A stretch of 64,000 bases of DNA. Origin: Mobula hypostoma. Lineage: Eukaryota. The first letter of the stretch is position 1. Every line of letters starts with the position of its first letter. The position numbers and the translations under genes are program-made. Below are positions 13,603-25,696 of this stretch, piece after piece. The notes beneath the pieces are model-generated. The model saw nothing but the letters and a program-made list of their open reading frames with translations, searched no databases and was not told the origin of the DNA. The DNA is taken from contig NC_086109.1 of the NCBI RefSeq assembly GCF_963921235.1, positions 13,146,001 to 13,210,000 of the forward strand. The letters run 5' to 3'.

Positions 13603-14857
13603 TCACCTTAGAGAGCTGATGATAATATGGTTAGGAATAGTCAGCATGGCTTTGTCAAAGGCAGGTCGTGCCTTATGAGCCTGATTGAATTTTTTGAGGA
13701 TGTGACTAAACACACTGATGAAGGTAGGGCAGTAGATGTAGTGTATATGGATTTCAGTAAGGCATTTGATAAGGTACCCCATGCAAGGCTTATTAAGAAA
13801 GTAAGGAGGCATGGGATCCAAGGGGGCATTGCTCTGTGGATCCAGAACTGGCTTGCCCACAGAAGGCAATGAGTAGTTGTAGGCGAGTCATATCCTGCAT
13901 GGAGGTTGGTGACCAGTGGTGTGCCTCAGGGATCTGTCCTGGTACCCCTTTCTTTCATGATCTTTATAAATGACCTGGACGAGGAGGTGGAGGGATGGGT
14001 TAGTAAATTTGCTGATGACACAAAGGTTGGGGGTCGGAACATCAATAGGATACAAACTGGGCTGAGAAGTGGCAGGTGGATTTCAACCCAGAAAAGTGTG
14101 AGGTGGTTCATTTTGGTAGGTCAAATATGATGGCAGAATATAGTATTAATGGTAAAACTTTTGGTAGTCTGGAGGATCAGAGGGATCTTGGGGTCCGAGT
14201 CCATAGGACACCCAAAGCTCCTGTGCAGGTTGACTCTGTGGTTAAGAAGGCATATGATGTATTTGCCTTCATCAAGCGTGGGATTGAGTTTAAAAGCCGA
14301 GAGGTAATGTTACAGGTAAATAGGACCCCGGTTAGACCCCACTTGGAGCACTGTGCTCAGTTCTGGTCACCTCACTACAGGAAGGATGCAGAAACTATAG
14401 AAAGGGTGCAGAGGAGATTTACAAGAATGTTGCCTGGATTGGGGAGCTTGCCTTGTCAGAATAGGTTGAGTGAATTTGGCCTTTTTTCCTTGGAGCGGCA
14501 TAGGATGAGAGGTGACCTGATAGAGGTGTATAAGATGACTAGAGGCACTGATCGTGTGGATAGTCAGAGGTTTTTCCCAGGGCTGAAATGGCTAACACGA
14601 GAGGGCAGAGTTTTAAGGTGCTTGGAAGTAGGTACAGAGGAGATGTCAGGGGTAAGTTTTTACGCAGAAAGTGGTGTGTGGAATGGGCTGCCGCCAGTGG
14701 TGTTGGAGGCAGATACAATCGGGTCTTTTAAGAGGTTCCTGGATAAGTACATGGAGCTTACAAAAATAGAGGGCTATGGGTAACCCGAGGTAAGTACATT
14801 TTCGGCACAGCATTGTGGGCCAAAGGGCCTGTATTGTGCTGTAGGTTTTCTATGTTT
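13603..14857 (+). mobile_element. CR1 LINE 3' fragment
   Basis: SQHGFVKGRSC, YMDFSKAFDKVPH and KFADD motifs, with a ttctatg-type tail. Confidence 0.92.
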
Positions 14858-14975
14858 CTGTGGAGCCCACATGGGTGACAACAATAGTTCAAAGTAAATA
14901 TATTATCAAAGTATATAAATATGTCACCATATACAACCTTAAGGTTCAATTTCCTGTGGTCATACTGAATAAATC

Positions 14976-15013
14976 TGTTGTGTTTTTAACATGTAAGTAA
15001 TGTTTGAGTTATC

Positions 15014-15069
<56 letters not shown>

Positions 15070-15374
15070 CCAGGGAGCACGAAGCGCAGAATCAAATATC
15101 GCTGTGATGATTGTACGTTCTAGTATCAATTATTTAGCAACAATAAAGTATAAATTATAAAAAAAAGTATATATGTATATTGTTTGATTAAACACTCTTG
15201 TTCTTTTAAATAATTCATTATGGATTATAGGTAAAAATATGTTAATTGCATATGTCATCACGCGACCACGTGATATGAGTGCACCACGTTTAAAGACAAA
15301 GTTACACCCACATTTTCAGATTCCTGTGTCTTTCTTTGAATGAGTTTAATGTTTTGAAGCTACAAAACAGAACA
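14976..15374. mobile_element. Probable solo LTR containing (TA)n and a Rex/Babar tail
   Basis: TGTTGTGTTTT...AAAACAGAACA termini with a 5-bp TSD aaatc (14971-14975, 15375-15379). Confidence 0.6.
15019..15064. repeat. (TA)n microsatellite
   Basis: Perfect TA run. Confidence 0.95.
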
Positions 15375-16064
15375 AAATCCATAACAGAATAATAAAATCT
15401 ATGTACTAAGCTAACTTTACGTCCTTCTCTCTTTAAAGTTTTCACTGCTGAACTCCCAACCATGAACAATAAACATTTTATCTTTTGCTCTGTCTCTTCC
15501 TTTCTGTACATTTTTCATCAAATATAAAGTCTTTTTTTGAAATATAAAAAATATCACTCAATACTGAGGTCTGGGCCCTGTGTAACAGTCTCTCAAACAT
15601 TTGAAGTGTATTTTTAGATTTTATACGTACAATGTACAAAAATTAATGGCTCTGTGAATATTTCGCTTGACGGCACTAGGCATGTGCACTCCTGGTGACA
15701 CAATGGTGTAAAGAAAGCCATGTACTTTGCTTTCTTTTATGTATGTATAATATAAATTTTATTTTTGAGAAAAATAATTTAAAAAACAGAAGGAACGGTG
15801 CAGATAATAATCCTGCTCCCTCACAGGTTCAGTGACCCACTTTCAGTCTTCACCTCGGGCATGGTCTGTGTGGAGATTGCACGTTCCCTTTTGTGACCAT
15901 GAGGATGTCTTCCATCTGATCCAATTTCATCCCAAAGGTGGGTAATTTGTCTGCTGCAAATGGCCTGTAATGTGGAGGTGAGTGGTACAAACTGGCATAG
16001 GGTTGACAGGTCAAGTATGGAGAATAAAATGGGGGAATTGTAGGATTAGAGTAATGGGTGCCTA

Positions 16065-16828
16065 TCGTACTTCAAAAATCAGAGGCGCAAAGGGGTTTAG
16101 GGGTCCTTGAACAAGATTCCCTGAAGGTTAACTTGAAGATTGAGTCGGAGGTGAGGAAGGCAAATGCAATGTTAACATTCATTTTAAGAGGACTAGAATA
16201 TAAAAGCAAGGATTTGATGTTGCGGTGTTTGCCAAGCTTGAGCTGAGTAATGCTGAGACTTTTTAAGGCGTCAGTCAGACCGCATTTGGAGTACTGCGAG
16301 CAGTTTTGGGCCCCTTACTGAAGACAGGATGTGCCGGCATTGGAGAGGGTCCAGAGGAGGTCACGAGAATAATTCCAGGAATGAAAGGGTTGACGTATGA
16401 AGAGCATTAAATGGCTCTGTGCCTGCACTCACTGGAGCTTGGAAGAATGAGGTGGGACCTCATGGAAAGGTCTAGATGGCGTGGATGTGGAGAGGATTTT
16501 TTTGTATAGTGGGGGAGTCTAGGACCAGGGTTCACAGCCTCAGAACAGGGAGACATGCATTTAGAACAGTGATAAGAATAAATTTCTTTAGCCAGAGGGT
16601 GGTGAATCCTTGGAATTCATTGCTGTAGACAGCTATAAAAGCCAAATCATTGGGTATATTTAAAGCACAGGTTGATAGGTGCTTCATTAGTAGGGTGTCA
16701 AAGGTTACAGGGAGAAGGCAAGAGAATGGGTTGAGTTGCATAATATATCAGCTACGATGGAATAGCAGAGCAGACTCAATGGCCCGAGTGGCCTAATTCT
16801 GCTCCTGTGTCTGAGGGTCTAATGGTCC
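16065..16828 (+). mobile_element. CR1 LINE 3' fragment, decayed
   Basis: Similar to 2270-3075. Shorter relatives lie at 9449-9815 (+), 10595-10900 (-), 27765-28075 (-) and 52060-52270 (+). Confidence 0.8.
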
Positions 16829-17474
16829 TTTATGCACTGCAGACTCGATAGGCCAAAGAACCTGCGTCCATGATGTATAACTGCATTACATTTACTTGTG
16901 ATGGCAAAGCGTGCACAAAGAACATAAAAATAAGGAACAGGAGTCATCCACCTTGGGTCTCAATCCTCTTCTGCCATTTAACATGATTGTGGCTGATTAT
17001 CTCAGCTTGATTTCCCTGAGATGTCCTCCCCTCATCCTCTGCTACTTTTACCCTCCAGAGATCTATGAATCTCTGAGTGAATCCAATGACTGAGCCTTTG
17101 CAGCCTTGCTGAGCAGAGAACTTTGAAGGCTCATGGCTCTTTGAGAGAAGAAATGACCCCACACGACCTACCGCTTCTTACTGAGGCTGTAATCTTCAGT
17201 TCACAACTCCTCAGTCAGGGGAAAGAGTCTCCCTGCAGTATCCTGTTGGAATTGGAAGTTTTCGTGAGGCCACCTCTCACTCTCCTAAACCCTAGAGAAT
17301 GCAGGCCCAGTTTAACCAATCTCTCCTCTTCGCAAGTTTAAAGGCAGATTCCTAACGCAGCACCTTCCAAACCAACCACCATTACCAACTCGAAGGACAA
17401 GTCAGCAAAAGCATGGATACAGCACAACTAAAAGCTGCCCTCCCAACCACATCCTGGCTTGACTTGGAATACAC

Positions 17475-19190
17475 TCAACCGTCACTTTATTAGTGACCTT
17501 CTGCGCCTAATACAGTGGCCACTGAGTGTATTTTGTATTTTGTGTGGATTTCTGCTGCTGTAGCCCGTCCACTTCAAGCTTCTACATGTGTGCTCTTCAT
17601 TTGTTATTTTAGTGATACAACCTTGTGAGCCACACTGTCCAGCATCTCTACAACCCCAAGTAACCCTAACTTAATCATGGGGCAATTTATTTAATTATTT
17701 ATTGAGATACAGTGCAGAATAGGCCTAGTGGACCTTCGAGCCATGCAGCCCATCAACCCTCCGATGTAATCCTAGCCTAATCGCGGGACAATTTAGAGTG
17801 ACTAATTAACCTACCAACCGGTAGGTTTTTGGACTGTAGGAAAAAACCAGAGCACCCGGAGGAAACACACGCATTCCATGGGGAGGACATGCAGAGACAC
17901 ATTGCAGACATCATGGAATTGAGTTTGAACTCCAAAGGTCCCCAAGCTGTAATAACGTTGCGCTAACCATTATGTTACCACGGTGTTTTCGGCACACCGC
18001 TTTTGTAATGCATGGTTATTGGAGCTTCTGACACCTTCCTGTCAGCGTGAACCAGTCTGGCTATTCTCCTCAGACATTACTCATTGACAAGTCATTCTTG
18101 TCCACAGAGCTGCCACTCACCGTCTCTGCTTTTTAGTTTTTTTGTGCTATTCTCTGTAAACTCCAGAGACTGCTGTGCATAAAAATCCCAGGGGATCAGC
18201 AGTTTCTGAGATACTCAAACAACCCCGTCTGGCACCAAGAATCATTAAACGATCAAAGTCACTTAGATCACATTTCTTCCCATTCTGATAATTGATCTGA
18301 ACAACAGCTGCACCTTTTACTCTTCTTTTAATGAAGTTTAATGAAGGTTCCAGACCAACATAAGGTTCATTGCCGCCACCTACTGCATTGGAGCGTGGAG
18401 CAAAGAGACAGGAAGTATACCCACTAAACTCCCCCCAAAATATCTCAAATAGTATCAAAAAGTTTATGCTTTTCAGAAATTCAAATACGCACTTGTCTGC
18501 ATGCCGTTGAGCATTGAGTTGCTGCCACATGATTGGCTGATTTAATATTTGCAATGACAGGGAGGTGTACAGATAGGGTTATCAACTGTCCCGTGTTAGC
18601 TGGGACATCCTGTATATTGGGTTAAATTGGTTTGTCCCACACGGGACCACCCTTGTCCCGTATTTCCCCCGCTAAGGTACAGCATTCCTATGAAACTGTT
18701 CATAAGCCGAAATGGCATAAAGCGAAGAAGCAATTAACATTCATTTATATGGGAAAAATTTTTGAGCGTTCCCAGACCCAAAAAATAACCTACCAAATCA
18801 TGCCAAATAACACATAAAACCTAAAATAACACTAACATATAGTAAAAGCAGGAATGATATGATAAATACACAGCCTATATAAAGTAGAAATAATGTATGT
18901 ACAGTGTATCGGATTCGGGAAGATTAAGCCAGAACCGATTTGTAGAAAATAATCGGCATGTACACGCATGTGCACGTCATGTATGCGCACATCTCGTATG
19001 CGCACATCACGTATGCGCATGTCACGCATGCGCACACAGGTGCCCGCGCAAGGCTTCATGGTCATGGTAGTCTTTCTCGGGGTAAACACAAGTGTCCTGT
19101 ATTTGACTGCTAATCTTGTCCCTTATTTGGGAGTGAGAAAGTTGGTAACCCTATGTACAGATGTACCTAATAAAGTGGCCACTGAGTGTT
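17475..19190. mobile_element. Tc1-like non-autonomous element fragmented by nested insertions
   Basis: Ends resemble cactttattag and ctaataaagtggccactgagtg. Internal sequence is homologous to 30573-31436 and about 6890-7370. Confidence 0.65.
18574..19153. mobile_element. hAT-type MITE with internal 15-bp tandem repeat
   Basis: TIRs tagggttatcaact / agttggtaacccta and a perfect 8-bp TSD tgtacaga (18566-18573, 19154-19161). Nested in a Tc1-like element. Confidence 0.85.
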
Positions 19191-19329
19191 ATCAGCATTT
19201 CATCATCTAATTCAAAATCCCAGCACTCCCTCCCCTGACGGTATCGTGCGTCTACCCAAACCTCAAGGCCTGCACCGGTTCAAGAAGGCCCATCTCACTG
19301 CCACCTTCTCACGGGCAATCGGGAATGGG

Positions 19330-21326
19330 TAATTCTAGATCGCAAGACGATCCGGGTATTCCCTAACCGGAAACCTTGGATGAATTATGAGGTCAAGTCC
19401 CTTTTGAAGGCTAGAGCTGTGGCTTTTAGGTCTGGGGATACCAGTCGCTACACGGAATCCAGGCATGAACTCCAGAAAGCCATTAAGGGCACCAAGAAGC
19501 AATATTGAGCCAAGTTGGAAGCTCAGGCTAACCAGAGGGATGCCACTAGACTATGGCAGGGTCTAAATGAGATCACTGGGCACAAAGAAAAGGCTGGGAA
19601 TATCAATAATTGTGGCGCTTCTCTTCCTGACGAACTTAACGTATTCTAAGCAAGATTCGAACAGAAGAGGAGCATCCCGCTCCCTCCGGATGAACCGGAC
19701 CTGGTGGCATCGAGATTCATCGTCACCAAGGAGGACATTAGAAGGGCCTTCCTGAAGATAAATCCAAGGAAGGCGACGGGCCCAGATGGCGCCCAGGACA
19801 GGTTCTCCGGGCCTGTGCAAGCAAGCTAGCTGGAGTGTTTGCTGACATCTTCAACTGCTCCTTGCTTCAGTTTAAGATCCCCTCATGTTTTAAGAAGGCA
19901 ACGATAATCCCAGTGCCGAAAAAGAGCAAGGTGGCATGCCTGAACGACTATCGACCTGTGGTTCTGACATCAATTGCTATGAAGTGCTTCGAGAGATTGG
20001 TTATGGCACACATCAACCACAGCCTACCGGTCAACCCCGACGCTTTGCAAGTCACCTACCGGAGCAACAGGTCAATGGCAGATGCCATCTCTCTGGCCCT
20101 ACATTCCTCCTTAGAACACCTGGAGAATAAAGACGCATACGTAAGGCTCCTTTTCATTGACTACAGTTCTGCCTTTAATACCATCATTCCAAATAAACTC
20201 ATTCCTAAACTCCGGAACCTGGGCCTTCGCATTCAGATCTGCAGCTGGATCTTCAACTTATTAACAGACAGGACCCAGGCTGTAAAAATAGGGGACAAGC
20301 TCTCCTCTACAATCACTCTGAGCACCAGTGCCCCACAAGGCTGTGTACTCAGCCCCCTGCTGTAATCACTGTACACCCATGATTGTGTAGCCAAGTTTCC
20401 ATCGAACTCAATATATAAGTTTGCTGATGACACAACAATTGTAGGCCGTATCTCGGGTAATGATGAGTTTGAGTACAGAGAGGAAATTAAGAACCTGGTG
20501 GCATGGTGCGAAGACAATAACCTATCCCTCAACGTCAGCAAGACGAAGGAATTGGTTGTTGACTTCAGAAGGAGTAGCGGACCACACAACTCAATTTACA
20601 TCGGTGGTGCGCAAGTGGAACAGGTCAAAAGCTTTAAGTTCCTCAGGGTCAATATCACAAACGACCTGACCTGGTCCAACCAAGTAGAGTCCACTGCCAA
20701 GAAGGCCCACCAGCGTCTTTACTTCCTGAGAAAACTAAAGAAATTTGGCCTGTCCCCTAAAACCCTCACTAATTTTTATAGATGCACCATAGAAAGCATT
20801 CTTCTAGAGTGCATCACAACCTGGTATGGAAGTTGTCCTGTCCAAGACCAGAAGAAGCTGCAGAAGATCGTGAACACGGCACAGCACATCACATAAACCA
20901 ATCTTCCGTCCTTGGACTCACTTTACACTGCACACTATCGGAGCAGCGCTGCCAGGATAATCAAGGACACGACCCACCCAGTCAACACACTTTTTGTCCC
21001 TCTTCCCTCCAGGAGAAGGCTCAGGAGCTTGAAGACTTGTACGGCCGGATTTGGGAACAGATTCTTTCTAACTGTGATAAGATTGCTGAACGGATCCTGA
21101 CCCGGATTGGGGCCATACCCTCCAAATATCCGGACCTGCCCCTCGGTTTTTTTGCACTACCTTCCTTTCCATTTTTTCTATTTTCTATTTATGATTTACA
21201 ATTTAAATTTTTAATATTTACTATCAATTTGTAATCCAGGGAGCAGGAAGCACAGAATCAAATATCGCTGTGATGGTTGTACGTTCTAGTATCAATGGTT
21301 TGGCGACAATAAAGCATAAAGTATAA
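19330..21326 (+). mobile_element. Rex1/Babar-type non-LTR retrotransposon, 5'-truncated, with few stops
   Basis: RT motifs [45 protein letters not shown] and KFADD. 3' tail aataaagcataaagtataa. Confidence 0.88.
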
Positions 21327-21999
21327 TTACACTCTGGCTCAGCCTGTGAACCCTGAATCTCTTGGACACAACAAGCCTTGGCCATCGCTCTTGTACGCCA
21401 GTGGACTGAAAGGTGAAGCCTGCTGCTGCTGCCGCCCAGAAGCAGTCAGCAGATGGTCATCACGGTTACCATGGCAACCACATGGTGGAGAAGGGTGGAG
21501 TTTGAGCTATGGCTCCGGTGGATGTTACTCCACGATGGGCCCATCTTGTATATGAAAGAGATCGCAGCTGTCAGGTGTAGCTCCATTGGCCATTGCAGGG
21601 AGAAGACTACAAGCTGTAGAAAACAGCTCCTGTATATATACATTTTTTTGTAAAATTCTATTGCATTTTCCTCTTGCAAGAAAATAAATCACAAGGTAGT
21701 TTACAGTAACGTATACCTATGCACTTTGATAGTGTACTTACTTTGAACTTTGAACTCTGAACTGATCCTTTCTAATCTAATCATAAGAGATTCTGCAGGT
21801 GCTGGAAATCCAGACTAACACACATAAAATACTGAAGGAACTCCGCAGGCTGGACAGCATCTATGGAAAGTAATAAAGAGGCGACATTTTGGGCTGCAAA
21901 CCTTCATCAGGACCTTCTAATTTAATCAATCTATTTTACCTGATCCCCTTTAAATCTCTCCTTTTCAGACAATCGTTAGAAAATCCACATCTATTTGTC

Positions 22000-22345
22000 T
22001 ATTTATTTAGAGATACAGTGTGGAATAGGCCTTTCCAGCCCACCGGGTTGCACTGCCCAGCAACCCACCTATTGAATGACCAATTAACATTGATGATGAT
22101 GATGATGATTATCATCATCATCATCATTATCATCATCATCATCATTATCATCATCATAACATTGACTTGACAAATGACGAATTAACCTACTGACCAGTAC
22201 AACTTCGGACTGTGGGGGGAAATTGGAGCACCCGGAGGAAACCCACATGGTCCCGGGGAGAACATACAAAGTCTCTTACAGACAACATTGGAATTGAACT
22301 CTAAACTCTGAGCTGCAATAGCATTATGCTGACCGTTACGCTGTT
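22000..22345 (-). mobile_element. V-SINE-type element
   Basis: Minus strand carries the V-domain gtgggtttcctccgggtgctcc...cccacagtcc. Other copies lie at about 17690-17985 (-), 52940-53200 (-), 15795-16030 (+) and 6690-6770 (-). Confidence 0.7.
22091..22157. repeat. (TGA)n followed by (TCA)n inverted trinucleotide repeat
   Basis: tgatgatgatgatgatgat followed by tatcatcatcatc... Confidence 0.9.
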
Positions 22346-22769
22346 GTGGCACCCAGTGCCATTCAATGGACATCTTGTACCCATTGTCATGGACCAGCTC
22401 CCTGAAGTAATAAGCAAAGTTGTTTAAATGTAACCTGCTTCTGGAAACTGCCCGATACCAGAAGGCAAGTAGCTGTCAATCTGAAGCAAGTGTCAGTCGG
22501 CACAGATCAGACCAGCCAGCTTATTGGGGTGGACTCTTCTTACAGGGGGAGATTTTAGTTATCATGGTAAAGCAGAGGAGGGTGATTTTACATGGTGTAT
22601 CACAGATTTGTGTGTGGTCTGACGTAATCCATCAATATTGGCTAAAGAATAGGAGTATTAAACCTTTCAAGATAAGTAGATAGCAAAGGAAGAGATAGCT
22701 TACATCCAGCTGGCTTCCCTTAATGTCTTTCTATTCACCTTCTTCCTCCCATATGTCCTATATCTTTGT

Positions 22770-25504
22770 AACACACATCAAAGTTGCTGGTGAACGCAGC
22801 AGGCAGGCAGCATCTCTAGGAAGAGGTACAGTTGACGTTTCAGGCCGAGACCCTTCGTCAGGACTAACTGAAGGAAGAGTTAGTAAAAGATTTGAAAGTG
22901 GGAGGGGGAGGGGGAGATCCAAAATGATAGGAGAAGACAGGAGGGGGAGGGATGGAGCCAAGAGCTGGACAGGTGATTGGCAAAAGGGATACGAGAGGAT
23001 CATGGGACAGGAGGTCCGGGAAGAAAGACAAGGGGGGGGAACCCAGAGGATGGGAAAGGGGTATATTCAGAGGGACAGAGGGAGAAAAAGGAGAGTGAGA
23101 GAAAGAATGTGTGTATAAAAATAAATAACAGTTGGGGTACGAGGGGGAGGTGGGGCATTAGCGGAAGTTAGAGAAGTCGATGTTCATGCCATCAGGTTGG
23201 AGGCTACCCAGACGGAATATAAGGTGTTGTTCCTCCAACCTGAGTGTGGCTTCATCTTTACAGTAGAGGAGGCCGTGGACAGACATGTCAGAATGGGAAT
23301 GGGAAATGGAATTAAAATGTGTGGCCACTGGGAGATCCTGCTTTCTCTGGCAGACAGAGCGTAGGTGTTCAGCAAAGCGGTCTCCCAGTCTGCGTCGGGT
23401 CTCGCCAATATATAGAAGGCCACATCGGGAGCACTGGACGCAGTATATCACCCCAGCCAACTCACAGGTGAAGTGTCGCCTCACCTGGAAGGACTGTTTG
23501 GGGCCCCGAATGGTGGTAAGGGAGGAAGTGTAAGGGCATGTGTAGCACTTGTTCCGCTTTCAAGGATAAGTGCCAGGAGGGAGATCAGTGGGGAGGGATG
23601 GGGGGGACGAATGGACAAGGGAGTCGCGTAGGGAGCGATCCCTGCGGAAAGCAGAGGGGGGGGGAGGGAAAGATGGGCTTAGTGGTGGGATCCCGTTGGA
23701 GGTGGCGGAAGTTACGGAGAATAATATGTTGGACCCGGAGGCTGGTGGGGTGGTAGGTGAGGACCAGGAGAACCCTATTCCTAGTGGGGTGGCGGGAGGA
23801 TGGAGTGAGAGCAGATGTACGTGAAATGGGGGAGATGCATTTGAGAGCAGAGTTGATAGTGGATGAAGGGAAGCCCCTTTCTTTAAAAAAGGAGGACATC
23901 TCCCACGTCCTAGAGGCTCTTCATTCTAGGACGAGGGAGATGTCCTCCTTTTTTAAATCCTGAGAACAGATGCGGCGGAGACGGAGGTATTGCGAGAAGG
24001 GGATGGCGTTTTTGCAAGAGACAGGGTGAGAAGAGGAATAGTCTAGATAGCTGTGAGAGTCAGTAGGCTTATAGTAGACATCAGTGGCTAAGCTGTCTCC
24101 AGAGACAGAGACAGAAAGATCTAGAAAGGGGAGGGAGGTGTCCGAAATGGACCAGGTAAACTTGAGGGCAGGGTGAAAGTTGGAGGCAAAGTTAATAAAG
24201 TCAACGAGCTCTGCATGCGTGCAGGAAGCAACGCCAATGCAGTCGTCGATGTAGCGAAGGAAAAATGGGGGACAGATACCAGAATAGGCACAGAACATAG
24301 ATTGTTCCACAAAGGCAACAAAAAGGCAGGCATAGCTAGGACCAATACGGGTGCCCATAGCTACACCTTTAGTTTGGAGGAAGTGGGAGGAGCCAAAGGA
24401 GAAATTATTAAGCGTAAGGACTAATTCTGCTAGACGGAGCAGAGTGGTGGTAGAGGGGAACTGATTAGGTCTGGAATCCAGAAAGAAGCGGAGAGCTTTG
24501 AGACCTCCCTGATGGGGGATGGAAGTATATAGGGACTGGACATCCATTGTGAAAATAAAGCGGTGGGGGCCAGGGAGCTTATGAGTTTAAGAGCGTGAGA
24601 AGTGTCACGAACATCCCTCCCCACTGATCTCCCTCCTGGCCCTTATCCTTGTAAGCGGAACAAGTGCTACACATGCCCTTACACCTCCTCCCTTACCACC
24701 ATTCAGGGCCCCAAACAGTCCTTCCGGGTGAGGCGACACTTCACCTGTGAGTCGGCTGGGGTAATATACTGCGTCCGGTGCTCCCGATGCTCCCGATGCT
24801 CCCGATGCTCCCGATGTGGCCTTCTATGAGACTGGACGCAGACTGGGAGATCGCTTTGCTGAACACCTACGCTCTGTCCGCCAGAGAAGGCAGGATCTCC
24901 CAGTGGCCACACATTTTAATTCCACTTCCCATTCCCATTCTGACATGTCTATCCACGGCCTCCTCTACTGTAAAGATGAAGCCACACTCAGGTTGGAGGA
25001 ACAACACCTTATATTCCGTCTGGGTAGCCTCCAACCTGATGGCATGAACATCGACTTCTCTAACTTCCGCTAATGCCCCACCTCCCCCTCATACCCTATC
25101 TGTTATTTATTTATATACACACATTCTTTCTCTCACTCTCCTTTTTCTCCCTCTGTCCCTCTCACTATACCCCTTGCCCATCCTCTGGGTTTCCACCCCA
25201 CCTTGTCTTTCTCCCCGGACCTCCTGTCCCATGATCCTCTCATATCCCTTTTGCCAATCACCTGTCCAGCTCTTGGCTCCATCCCTCCCCCTCCTGTCTT
25301 CTGCTATCATTTTGGATCTCCCCCTCCCCCTCCCACTTTCAAATCTCTTACTAATTCTTCCTTCAGTTAGTCCTGACGAAGGGTCTCGGCCTGAAACGTC
25401 GACTGCACCTCTTCCTACAGATGCTGCCTGGCCTGCTGCGTTCGCCGGCAACCTTGATGTGTGTTGCTTGAATTTCCAGCATCTGCAGAATTCCTGTTGT
25501 TTGC
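22770..25504. mobile_element. Penelope-like retroelement (RT + GIY-YIG), 5'-truncated, with inverted second 3' arm
   Basis: Minus strand has RT motifs (MDVQSLYTSIP, KGVAMGT, LRYIDD; 23921-24547) and a GIY-YIG domain (GVIYCVQCSRCGLLYIGET; 23158-23484). A plus-strand copy of the endonuclease and 3' UTR lies at about 24612-25504. Flanks gtcctatatctttgt (22755-22769) and gtcctatgtctttgt (25505-25519) form a TSD. Confidence 0.92.
25369..25404 (+). ncRNA. Minimal type I hammerhead ribozyme motif in Penelope 3' end
   Basis: AGTC-CTGACGA-AGGgtctcggCCT-GAAAC-GTC-GACT: stem I AGTC/GACT, core CUGANGA...GAAA, short stem II, loopless palindromic stem III (ACGT). Predicted cleavage is after GUC at 25400. 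Confidence 0.75.
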
Positions 25505-25696
25505 GTCCTATGTCTTTGTGTTAGGTTTCTCCATGCTTCCCATTTTATTGTCCTGCCACATTTATATATTCAATGTCGTAGCAATTTTGTTAGCGATATT
25601 GTTCTGCTGTCTTACTCAACTTGCATTCCTCTTTTGAAATCAGTATAACAAATTGTATACCACAATATTTTTCCAATAACTGAAATAATTCTTCCT

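Noticed and set aside
18960..19035. CRISPR-like or peptide-coding repeat (MRTSR units)
   Set aside because: Simple 15-bp tandem repeat without spacers in a eukaryotic MITE.
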